The notes below the pieces were generated by a model. It searched no databases and was not told the DNA's origin. It worked only from the letters and a program-made list of their open reading frames with translations. The position numbers and the translations under genes were made by a program. Positions 1 to 9,300 of a stretch of 64,000 nucleotides of DNA are shown here, piece after piece (the stretch's first letter is position 1; every line of letters begins with the position of its first letter). The stretch covers positions 1 to 64,000 of the IMG/VR virus record IMGVR_UViG_3300020478_000004, one strand, 5' to 3'. The DNA comes from a virus.

Positions 1-1
1 T

Positions 2-418
2 GGTGTATCAACACTAACTGATGTTGTTGTCGAAGATACTGAAACTAATCCAAGTAATCCAAGTACTGTAAAAGTAACGGTTGATGGAAATACTAATCAC
101 ACATATTATAACAATAGATCAGAATTTCATGATTTAAGAATTTACGATAGTACAATTCAAACAACTGTTAGTACTGGCGACTTAACATTATCAGCACCAG
201 GAACTGGTTCAGTTATTATTGATGATAATTTACATATTAAACCAACACCACATCCAGATGATGCTTTAGTTGATCCAGGTGCACCTACTGAAGGATTAAA
301 ACTATATTCTAAAGCACCAGGAATAGGAAAAACTGGACTATTTTATGTAAATAGTAGTAACGTTCGGGACGAAATTTTAAGTAAAAATAGATCATTACTA
401 TTAAGTATGATCTTTTAA
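2..418 (+). CDS. C-terminal part of a tail-fibre/virion protein (5' truncated by window edge)
   Basis: Frame +2 is open from the window start to TAA at 416-418. It has a 'DLTLSAPGTGSVII' fibre repeat like the downstream ORFs and a hydrophobic C-terminus (RSLLLSMIF). Confidence 0.7.
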   Translation, partial: GVSTLTDVVVEDTETNPSNPSTVKVTVDGNTNHTYYNNRSEFHDLRIYDSTIQTTVSTGDLTLSAPGTGSVIIDDNLHIKPTPHPDDALVDPGAPTEGLKLYSKAPGIGKTGLFYVNSSNVRDEILSKNRSLLLSMIF

Positions 419-430
419 GGATAGGAAAAA

Positions 431-763
431 ATGGCAATAGCACAAGCACAATTGGCGGCAACAGACACAATATTAGTAACAGTACCTGCTGATAAATCCT
501 ATGCTATTACAACTATAATGGTATGTAATACAGCAGGGTATAATAGTAATGGTACAAATGATACTTCTTTTGATTTACATTTTGTAAAAAATACAGAAGC
601 TAAAGGCAATACTAATATGGTTTGTAAAGAACTTCCAGTTCCAGGTGGCGAAACATTTACATTTGATGCTGAAAAGATTATTTTAGAAACTGGTGATAAA
701 GTTGTGATGGTTTCACAAGCACCTTTGAATTTAAGTGCAACTGTTAGCTATTTGGAAGTATAA
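431..763 (+). CDS. Small (~110 aa) virion/fibre partner protein, paralog of 5624-5953 and 17783-18103
   Basis: SD AGGA upstream. Shared pattern TVPA...I.V.N...KI.L..GD.....V...EV. Confidence 0.65.
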   Translation: MAIAQAQLAATDTILVTVPADKSYAITTIMVCNTAGYNSNGTNDTSFDLHFVKNTEAKGNTNMVCKELPVPGGETFTFDAEKIILETGDKVVMVSQAPLNLSATVSYLEV

Positions 764-1266
764 TGCGTTATCTAAGACGACAATCTACACAAACTCACGG
801 TATTTTTGGTAATAAAGATATTCGTAGAGATATAAACGGACAAGTTGTTATGGATAGTACAGACATGATGATGGTTCCTAAAGGTACAGACGCACAAAGA
901 TTAACAACTCCAGTAGATGGCCATATAAGATATAATACAGATTCAGATGTGTTTGAAGCTCGTCAGGCTGGATCATGGGCACCTTTTAGACGCTTTGAAC
1001 CAGCAACTATTGTCCAACAATCACTAGGCAACGGCGACGATGTTGAAACAAAATTCGGTCCGTTAACTAATAACGACACTTATAATCCAAGTCCTGCCGC
1101 GGCACAAAATCTTATCGTTCTTATCGAGAACGTATTTCAACTAGCAACTACAAACTATGTACTAGAACAAAATCCAGCAGGAAAACCAGCTGGTTGGTAT
1201 GTAGTGTTTGGAACTGCTGTTCCAACAGGAAAACCCGTAACAGTCCTACATAACTTCGACAAGTAA
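763..1266 (+). CDS. Virion structural protein (fibre repeat PKGTDAQR...GHIRYNT...FE..W)
   Basis: The same motif recurs twice each in 1301-3997 and 4140-5618. TAATG coupling to the upstream gene. Confidence 0.6.
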   Translation: MRYLRRQSTQTHGIFGNKDIRRDINGQVVMDSTDMMMVPKGTDAQRLTTPVDGHIRYNTDSDVFEARQAGSWAPFRRFEPATIVQQSLGNGDDVETKFGPLTNNDTYNPSPAAAQNLIVLIENVFQLATTNYVLEQNPAGKPAGWYVVFGTAVPTGKPVTVLHNFDK

Positions 1267-1271
1267 CTTCC

Positions 1272-1279
1272 GATAAATA
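1272..1279 (+). promoter_or_regulatory. T4-type late promoter (GATAAATA)
   Basis: Intergenic, resembles T4 gp55 consensus TATAAATA, and recurs before most structural genes. Confidence 0.7.
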
Positions 1280-1300
1280 CTGTAAGTAGAGGGAAGTTAT

Positions 1301-3997
1301 ATGGCACAAGTTGCAAGAATCTCAGGTCCGCTATTAGCGGCAAATCTAAAAAGAACACAAGCTAATCTAGCCTTTGATACTGACTTATTATATATAGGTC
1401 ATTTAACAGGTAAAATCGGTGTTAAAAAATCTTCCCCAGGAACTGAATTAGACATATTTGGCCAAACTAGTGCTAGTGAATTTAGAAGTAATACCTTAAC
1501 TAGTGGAAATCTAAGAGTTGATACATCAGGTGTTACTTCTATTACTGGCAATATTATTTTAGATTCTTTAGGAACAGTTCATGCAGATGAAATGCATACT
1601 GAGAAACTAACTTTTAATGACAACTATATAGGAAGTTTAGCTAATTCAAATATTGTTTTCGATCCTAACGGAACAGGTACTGTTAACTTTGTTAGTACAA
1701 AGGTTAATGGTGATGTTAGTGCAACTGGAAATATAACTATTCCAGGTGATATAACTGTTGGCGGAACAATGAACTTTGGTGACGCTGTAACAGATACACT
1801 TGACTTTGATTATGTCTCATTTACACAAGATTTAAAACCTCAAACTACTGATGTACAAAATTTAGGAAGTGCTAATTTAAAATGGAATAATGTAACTGTA
1901 GGAAAAGCTAGAATTGGCGACATTGAAATAGATAATGATTTTATATCAACTACAACACTTAATAATAATTTAACTGTTAGAGCTAGTGGTACAGGAAGTA
2001 TTGTTATTGACCAGTTATCATTTAATGGACATAATATTTCTACTACCGACGCTCCTACAAGCACCTTTACCTCTTGTACTTTAAGTCATACATTAGATAA
2101 TCCAAATGCATATGGTACCTCTCAAGATGATTATTTCCCTAGCGACAACGGAGTTTCGATATCAGGCGATTATGCTATAGTAGGTGCAAGAAGAGAAGAT
2201 AGTGCTGTCGGTACTAATCAAGGTCATGCTTATATTTTTAATACTAACACAGGTGCAGTAGTTCATTCAATACCTAACCCGAATACGCAAGCCTGGGGAA
2301 CTTCAGATGATTACTTTGGGTGGGCAGTTGCTATAGATGGGAATTATGCTTTAGTAGGTGCTCCTAGAGAAGATACAAACAATACTAACAACGATTCAGG
2401 TCATGTATATGTCTATAACGTATCTACAGGTGCATTACTTCATACATTAACTAATCCAAATGCATACGGTACAGAGAGCTTTGATTATTTTGGAGAAGCA
2501 ATTGCAATATCAGGTAACTATGCTGTAATAGGTGTTGCATCAGAAGGCGTAGGTTGGCCTTACGAAGAAGGATATGCATATATCTATGATGTAAGTACAG
2601 GTACATTACTTCATACGATAGCTAATCCAAATGCATACGGTACTTCGACTGGAGATTCCTTTGGTAAAGATGTTGCAATAGATGGGAATTATGCTATTAT
2701 AAGTGCTACTAGAGAAGATGATGTAGGCGGTACTGAATATGGTAAAGCATATATCTTTAATGTATCTACAGGTGCATTGGTTCATACATTAGATAATCCA
2801 GGAACTAACTACGGATATAGCCCTTTTGGATCTAGTGTTGGAATATCAGGTGATTACGCTATAGTAGGCGCTTCAAATGAAAAACATGACGCTACTGATA
2901 CATCTCTTTGGGGTTCTGGTAAAGCATATATCTTTAGTGTAAAAACAGGTGCATTAGTTCATACGTTACATAATCCAAATGTATATGGTACATTTGACAG
3001 CGATAGATTTGGGTGGTCAGTTGATATATCAGGTAATTTTGCTGTAGCGAGTGCAATTTATGAAGATGATGCTGGTGGCACAAATTCAGGTAAAGCATAT
3101 ATCTTTAACGTAAAGACAGGTGCTCACATTCATACAATAGATAATCCAAATGCATATGGTACCTCTCAAGATGATACCTTTGGTATGGAAGTTGCTATGG
3201 ATAATACCAAAATAATAATCGGTGCCCCTAAAGAAGATGATGCTGGCGGTACAACTTCAGGTAAATCATACATTTATGATCTAGCTTTTAGTACAATAAT
3301 GTCTCCTACAGATTTAGTTATTCACCCAGGTAGTGAAAATCTAACAATAAGTTCTGTACAGGCTTTAAGAGTACCAGATGGTACAGAAGCACAAAGAACT
3401 AACTTAAATCGTGATGTTAGGTACAATACAACTACTAATTTCTTTGAATTATTTTCAACTGCATATACACCATTAAGAGGTATATGGAGTGAAGATAGAC
3501 AAACTTATGTATTAGCAAATGCTGATAATTCTTTCAGTTTTTATAATAATGGGGTTACAAATACAACATTAACAACTAATGGATTAGAAACTAATAAATT
3601 AATATCACAAAATACTGTAGAAATAGATGGAAATACTATCTCTTCTGCGACAACAAATGCTGACTTTACTTTGACTGCAACTGGAACTGTTAATATTGCT
3701 AACTTTAAATTTGACACAAACACTATACATAATACAGTAGGCGGAGCAATAAAACTTTCTAAAACAGGTAATCAAGGGTATGTTCATTTTGATACAGTAT
3801 ATGGAACAGTTATTCCTGCAGGTTCAACTGCACAACGTCCAGCTGGTGTTTTAGGGCAAACACGCTTTAATACAGACCTAGCTTATATGGAATCTTGGGA
3901 TGGTAGTCAATGGGCCAACATCGCAGGAGCAGGTGGTGGTATCACTGAACAGTACATGGAAGAACTAGTTAATATATACACCATTGCACTCGCATAA
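1301..3997 (+). CDS. Tail fibre-like protein with inserted FG-GAP beta-propeller
   Basis: N-terminus RISGPLL.ANL.R...LAF.TDLLY is shared with 4140-5618. About 7 repeats NPNAYGT..D.FG..V.I.G.YAIVGA..ED...G.AYIF at ~2085-3290. Confidence 0.75.
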   Translation: MAQVARISGPLLAANLKRTQANLAFDTDLLYIGHLTGKIGVKKSSPGTELDIFGQTSASEFRSNTLTSGNLRVDTSGVTSITGNIILDSLGTVHADEMHTEKLTFNDNYIGSLANSNIVFDPNGTGTVNFVSTKVNGDVSATGNITIPGDITVGGTMNFGDAVTDTLDFDYVSFTQDLKPQTTDVQNLGSANLKWNNVTVGKARIGDIEIDNDFISTTTLNNNLTVRASGTGSIVIDQLSFNGHNISTTDAPTSTFTSCTLSHTLDNPNAYGTSQDDYFPSDNGVSISGDYAIVGARREDSAVGTNQGHAYIFNTNTGAVVHSIPNPNTQAWGTSDDYFGWAVAIDGNYALVGAPREDTNNTNNDSGHVYVYNVSTGALLHTLTNPNAYGTESFDYFGEAIAISGNYAVIGVASEGVGWPYEEGYAYIYDVSTGTLLHTIANPNAYGTSTGDSFGKDVAIDGNYAIISATREDDVGGTEYGKAYIFNVSTGALVHTLDNPGTNYGYSPFGSSVGISGDYAIVGASNEKHDATDTSLWGSGKAYIFSVKTGALVHTLHNPNVYGTFDSDRFGWSVDISGNFAVASAIYEDDAGGTNSGKAYIFNVKTGAHIHTIDNPNAYGTSQDDTFGMEVAMDNTKIIIGAPKEDDAGGTTSGKSYIYDLAFSTIMSPTDLVIHPGSENLTISSVQALRVPDGTEAQRTNLNRDVRYNTTTNFFELFSTAYTPLRGIWSEDRQTYVLANADNSFSFYNNGVTNTTLTTNGLETNKLISQNTVEIDGNTISSATTNADFTLTATGTVNIANFKFDTNTIHNTVGGAIKLSKTGNQGYVHFDTVYGTVIPAGSTAQRPAGVLGQTRFNTDLAYMESWDGSQWANIAGAGGGITEQYMEELVNIYTIALA
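2094..3175 (+). repeat. Identical 38-nt direct repeat (2094-2131 and 3138-3175) in the first and last propeller blades
   Basis: TAGATAATCCAAATGCATATGGTACCTCTCAAGATGAT occurs at both positions. Confidence 0.9.
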
Positions 3998-4008
3998 TTT
4001 CCAAAAAC

Positions 4009-4016
4009 GATAAATA
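4009..4016 (+). promoter_or_regulatory. Late promoter GATAAATA
   Basis: Intergenic motif upstream of the structured leader of 4140-5618. Confidence 0.7.
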
Positions 4017-4019
4017 CAA

Positions 4020-4135
4020 ATGTCATAGTACAAGACCAATAAGAGGAGAGAGACCTCTTATGTATTATGGGACATACTGCGGTTAACCGGCAATGATATC
4101 TAGGTTAGAGGGACAGGATCCCCGTATTAGGAGAA
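4020..4135 (+). ncRNA. Candidate structured cis-regulatory 5' leader RNA
   Basis: Stems: ATAAGAGG(4039-46)/CCTCTTAT(4054-61), CATAGTAC(4024-31)/GTATTATG(4062-69), GGGA(4110-13)/TCCC(4119-22), and a possible pseudoknot TAACC(4084-88)/GGTTA(4103-07). It ends at SD AGGAG 4129-33. Confidence 0.45.
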
Positions 4136-4139
4136 AATA

Positions 4140-5618
4140 GTGGCTGTAGGTCGTATATCAGGTCCGCTACTAAAGGCAAATCTCATCAGAAACGGTGTGG
4201 ATTTAGCATTTGAGACGGATTTACTTTATCTGGACGTTAATAACGCTCGGGTGGGTATCAAAACCGCTAGTCCTCAATACGCACTAGACATTAACGGAAC
4301 TACAAGATCAACTGACATAGTAACAACAGGAACAGCATTTATCGGAGATGTACGAATTTCTGGTAATACTATTCATACTGTTGATAACGTACTAAACCTT
4401 ACAACTGTTGGCACAGACAAAGTTGTTTCATTAAAAACCTTTGAAATAGATGATTTAAGATTTGATACTAACGTAATTTCTACGACTGTATCGAATTCAA
4501 ATATTGACATTATACCCAATGGTACAGGTGAAGTTGATATTCAAGCAAATACTAATATTACTGGCAATTTAGATGTAACTGGAAACGTTACAGCTACAGG
4601 AGATGTTACTGTAGGTGGAAATGTAACACTAGGTGACGAAAGTACTGATACGATTAATATTGTAGCTGGAATTACTAGTGATATTAAACCGGCAGAAACA
4701 GCAAAATATAATTTAGGAACAGCAACACATCGCTGGAATAATATGCACGTTTCAAGTGCATATATTGATGATATTCAAATTGATACTGGTATTATCCAAA
4801 ATACAGTATCTAACGCAAACTTAGAATTACGTACAAACGGATCAGGATCAATTATTATTGATGACTTTGTCATGAAAACCAATGTCATACAAACAGCAAC
4901 TAGTGATATTACATTAACTCCTGGTAGCGGAATAGTTGATATTAACACTACAGGAAGTGTTAGAATTCCATCAGGAACAACTGCTCAAAGACCGTCAGTT
5001 CCAGCAGTAGGAATGATACGTTATAATACAACTACACAAAGATTTGAGGGTTACGATGGTAACTGGATTGTATTAACAGGCGTATACGATTTAGATGCAG
5101 ATACGTACATTACAGCAGAATTAACACCGGGTGCTAATGATAATATTATTAGATTTTACTCAGCAGGAAATGAAATTGCTAGTATTACACAAACAGAATT
5201 TAATGTATCAAAACTTAAGGTAGATGACATCCAAATTGATGGTAATACTATTAGTACAACAACGACAAATACAGATTTAAATTTAACACCAAACGGTACA
5301 GGTGGTGTTAACATTGACAATATTAGGATTAGTGGAAGTGAAATAAATAACACAGTAAGCGGTGCGGCCACTAGATTCACTGGTGCAGGTACCGGTTACG
5401 TAGAAATTGTAGGAACAGAAGGTGTAGTACTACCAGTAGGAACTTCAGCTGAAAGGCATCCAAGTCCACTAATAGGAATGACACGTTGGAATACTACAGA
5501 TTCGAGATTAGAAATATATGATGGAACAAGTTGGGATTCAGTTGCAGGAACATCTGGATCAGTTTCAACAACAGATGCTGAAAATATAGCATTAGAAATT
5601 GTATTAAGTTTAGGATAA
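4140..5618 (+). CDS. Tail fibre-like virion protein (GTG start), paralog of 1301-3997 without the propeller
   Basis: IDDI.I..N.IST...N.DL.L.PNGTG repeats, two GT.AQRP...G.IRYNT units, C-terminus IVLSLG. Confidence 0.75.
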   Translation: MAVGRISGPLLKANLIRNGVDLAFETDLLYLDVNNARVGIKTASPQYALDINGTTRSTDIVTTGTAFIGDVRISGNTIHTVDNVLNLTTVGTDKVVSLKTFEIDDLRFDTNVISTTVSNSNIDIIPNGTGEVDIQANTNITGNLDVTGNVTATGDVTVGGNVTLGDESTDTINIVAGITSDIKPAETAKYNLGTATHRWNNMHVSSAYIDDIQIDTGIIQNTVSNANLELRTNGSGSIIIDDFVMKTNVIQTATSDITLTPGSGIVDINTTGSVRIPSGTTAQRPSVPAVGMIRYNTTTQRFEGYDGNWIVLTGVYDLDADTYITAELTPGANDNIIRFYSAGNEIASITQTEFNVSKLKVDDIQIDGNTISTTTTNTDLNLTPNGTGGVNIDNIRISGSEINNTVSGAATRFTGAGTGYVEIVGTEGVVLPVGTSAERHPSPLIGMTRWNTTDSRLEIYDGTSWDSVAGTSGSVSTTDAENIALEIVLSLG

Positions 5619-5623
5619 TATAG

Positions 5624-5953
5624 ATGGCAACATTTTTTAAAAATAAAGTAGTAAAAAACGTAGGAACACAACCTGTTGAAATTTTTACTGTACCTGCGGC
5701 TTCTAAAGTTACAGGTATTGGGTTAAGCGTTGCTAATCTATTAGACGGAAATACACGAGTTAGTATTACAGTTAAAGATGATACTAGTGTTACAGGATAT
5801 TATGTTAAAGATGTTATGATTGCCCCGAATGCAAGTTTAAGAGCAATTAACGGTGGTGAAAAATTAATTATGCCGGGAGATAATGTTTTATATGTTCAGG
5901 CAGACCAAGATGACGCAGTTGATGTTATCTTTAGTTTTGTGGAGATTGTATAA
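5624..5953 (+). CDS. Small virion/fibre partner protein
   Basis: Paralog of 431-763. Follows the fibre gene directly. Confidence 0.65.
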   Translation: MATFFKNKVVKNVGTQPVEIFTVPAASKVTGIGLSVANLLDGNTRVSITVKDDTSVTGYYVKDVMIAPNASLRAINGGEKLIMPGDNVLYVQADQDDAVDVIFSFVEIV

Positions 5954-6345
5954 TGAGTTTTAGTTATGTAGGTGATGCACCTTTATCAAGACAAACAGGT
6001 GAACGTTATTTTTATGCTTTGCGTAGAGATGATGATGGACAATTGTTTATTGCTAAAGTTGATGTAGCATCTCCAACAGATGCTGTACAAATTAATAAAC
6101 CAGGTGGAACAAGTGATAACTATCCTGACTTCCAAGATGGTGCTGATTTCTTTGAAGGAAGAAATCCTAATCATAATTTAGTTTATGAAAACTTAAACTT
6201 TGAACAAATGCGTTGGGATGATAAGAACATTTATTATTTTGTAAACGCTGAAGGTGAATTTGTTTTAAGAATTAATACACCTTACACTTATGCAACCGGA
6301 ACATCAGATGAATTTAAGGATGATCAATTTATAACAGGATACTAA
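5953..6345 (+). CDS. Hypothetical protein in virion operon
   Basis: 130-aa ORF, translationally coupled (TAATG), with typical codon usage. Confidence 0.6.
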   Translation: MSFSYVGDAPLSRQTGERYFYALRRDDDGQLFIAKVDVASPTDAVQINKPGGTSDNYPDFQDGADFFEGRNPNHNLVYENLNFEQMRWDDKNIYYFVNAEGEFVLRINTPYTYATGTSDEFKDDQFITGY

Positions 6346-6346
6346 G

Positions 6347-9300
6347 ATGGCTGAATTTAATATTGCAAGAATAAGGTATACATGGAAAAATTACTGGACA
6401 GGTGCCACGACTTATGTCAAAGATGATGTAGTTCGTGTAGACGGTAATACTTATATCTGTATGATTGGCCATACTTCTGATGCAAATACTTTTTTAAACG
6501 ATTTAAATTATACACCAAAGTCTAGATGGTTATTACATACTGAAGGTTACGAATGGAAAGGTGATTGGGCACCTAATACAAGATATGTTAAAAATGCTTT
6601 AGTAAAGTATAGCGGTGTTGTTTATAGAGTTTTAACCGAACATCAGTCAGGCAGTACTAGTCTTGTTGATGACCAAGCTAAATTTATAACTTATGCAAAA
6701 ACACCTAACTGGCGTAACGAATGGTTACCACTAACAACATATAGGGTAGACGATGTTATACGTTACAATGGATATGTTTACCAATGTATAACAGAACACA
6801 CATCTTCAACTACAATTAGTGGACTAGAAGTTGATCAAGCTAAATGGACTATTAAATGGCGCGGCGATAACTGGCGACAAAATTGGAACATTAATACAAG
6901 ATATAAAAAAGATGACATGGTACGTTATGGTGGTATAATTTATCGTACAATAACAGGACACACTTCTGCCGCAACCTTTAGTTTAGGATTAGAAGACGAT
7001 CAAACTAAATGGGAAAAAGTAATTGACGGAATTGAATGGGTTGGCCATTGGCAAAGTGCTGATGACTCAACTGGTACTAGATATAGAGTCGGCGACATTG
7101 TAACATACGGACCAACATTATGGCGTTGTAAAAGTGCCCATACTTCAGGAATAGCTTTTGCTGAAGATAAGTTTGATATATGGATGCCTGGATTAGGTTT
7201 TGAATCAGTATGGGAATCTACTACAACATACCAACCAGGTGATATTGTACAATATGGCGGATATACTTATACGTCAATGACAAACAATACTAACTCTGCT
7301 CCAAGTGTTACAGGTGTATTTTATGATGGAGAAAGTTTACAAGGATTATACGATTGGGAATTATTAGCCACTGGCTGGAAAATGACTGGCGAATGGGATA
7401 ATTCAACAGCATATAAAACAGGTGACATTGTAAGAAATAAAGGTTGGGTCTATATTGCAGTTAAAGATAGCACAGGACAAGAACCTGATTCACTAGATCC
7501 AGAACATCGTTCATATTACGATCCAGGTGAAACTGCAGGTACTAATAGCACTCCTACGTATTGGCAAATTGTTAATACTGGAAGCTATTATAGAGGCGAA
7601 TGGATTGGAACAGCAGGAACAGTTTATGTCTTAGGCGATATTGTTGTTAAAAATAGTACTACTTGGATTTGTGTACAAAGACACGAAAGCGATGATTCAA
7701 CACTTGTTACACCTGATTTAGATACAACAAATAGTTACTGGAAAAAACTTATTCAAGGTTCTACAGGTAACGTTTTACAATATAAAGGTGATTTAAGAAC
7801 ACACGATGGTAGTGATACTGTAAGACTTCCTATTGGTAGTCCTGGTGCGGCATTAAAAGTTAATGCGGCAGGTGATGCTCCAAATTGGGAAGGTTTAGGA
7901 GAAATAAACAAAGTTTATTTTGTTTCGCCTTCAGGTAAAGATGCTATAGGTAATGGATTAAGCATTAGTGCTCCATTTAAAACAATGAAATATGCTTGTC
8001 AGTATATTTTGGCTGACGAGGCAAATAGAGCTCCTGGAACAATTTTTGTTGCAACAGGAGTATATGAAGAAATTATACCTATTAGTATTCCAGAAGGAAT
8101 TACTGTTTGGGGAGATGAAAGACGTTCTGTAACAATCAAACCTGCTCCTGGTTATGAAGATCAAAATATGTGGTATGTTAGAAATGCTACAGGAATTAAA
8201 AACATGACTTGTTCTGGATTAACTGGTTCATTATCTAGTAAAGATGTTTATGGAACATCACGTCCAACTGGAGGTGCATATTTTTCATTAGATCCAGGAA
8301 CAGGCCCTGCAGACACTTCAGTATGGATTACAACTAAATCCCCATATATGCAAAACATTAGTTCGTTCGGAACTGGTGTTACTGGATTAAAAATTGATGG
8401 TACTATACACGATGGCGGCCTTAAATCAATGGTTGCTAATGATGTAACAAACTTTTTAAATGATGGTATTAGTGTATGGTTAAATGGCGATGCAAGAGCA
8501 GAATTAGTTTCAGTATTTACATACTTCTGTCATATAGGATATCTATGTACTGACGGTGGAAAAATTAGAGGAACTAACGGAAACAACTCTTATGGAACAT
8601 TTGGTTCAGTAGCAATTGGAACACTTGGCTCTGAAACACCAATAACTGCAAAAGTAGATAATAGATATTACGGAGCAATGGCTCCAGAAGTGTATAACAA
8701 TGCTGATAAAATTTTTGCTATAGGTTACACTCATAGTGGACAAGATTATATTAATGCAAATTATACTATATCAGGTTCAGGTTTAAATGTAGCTGTTGAT
8801 AATACATTTACCGAAAAACGTAACGGTGGAATTAGTGAAATTAGATTATTAGATCCAGGTGATTCTACTGCTTCGGGTGGTAGAGGACATTTAAGTGGTG
8901 TAAGAAACTCTGCACAAAGTGGAGGTACTATTTCAATTACACTTGCCCAATCAGATGTTAACGATGCTTCACACTATGCCGGTAGAGCATATTTAACATT
9001 TGATAATGTTATTGCCGCTGATGCAAGTCGTCCAGAAGGAACATATAGTAATGTTCCAGCAACTTCAAATAATCCTCAAGCATATATTCCGCAACAAGCA
9101 TTTTCAATAACTGTTGACGGAGCAGGAGCAGTAACAAATATTACACCACTAGAAGGAAGTCATAGTCATAGGGTTGGTGATACAATTACAGTTTCAAATA
9201 TTAACCTTGGTAATATAGGCGGAGTACCTGATGTAACATTTAAAGTTGCTAGTGTAAGTCCTGGTATGAGAATTTATTTAGAAGAAGGTAAAGGTCGCGG

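Noticed and set aside
2085-3290. Regularly spaced DNA repeats suggesting a CRISPR array or DGR template/variable pair
   Set aside because: The repeats are in-frame coding FG-GAP blades. No cas or reverse transcriptase gene is in the window and no adenine-specific mismatch pattern was evident.
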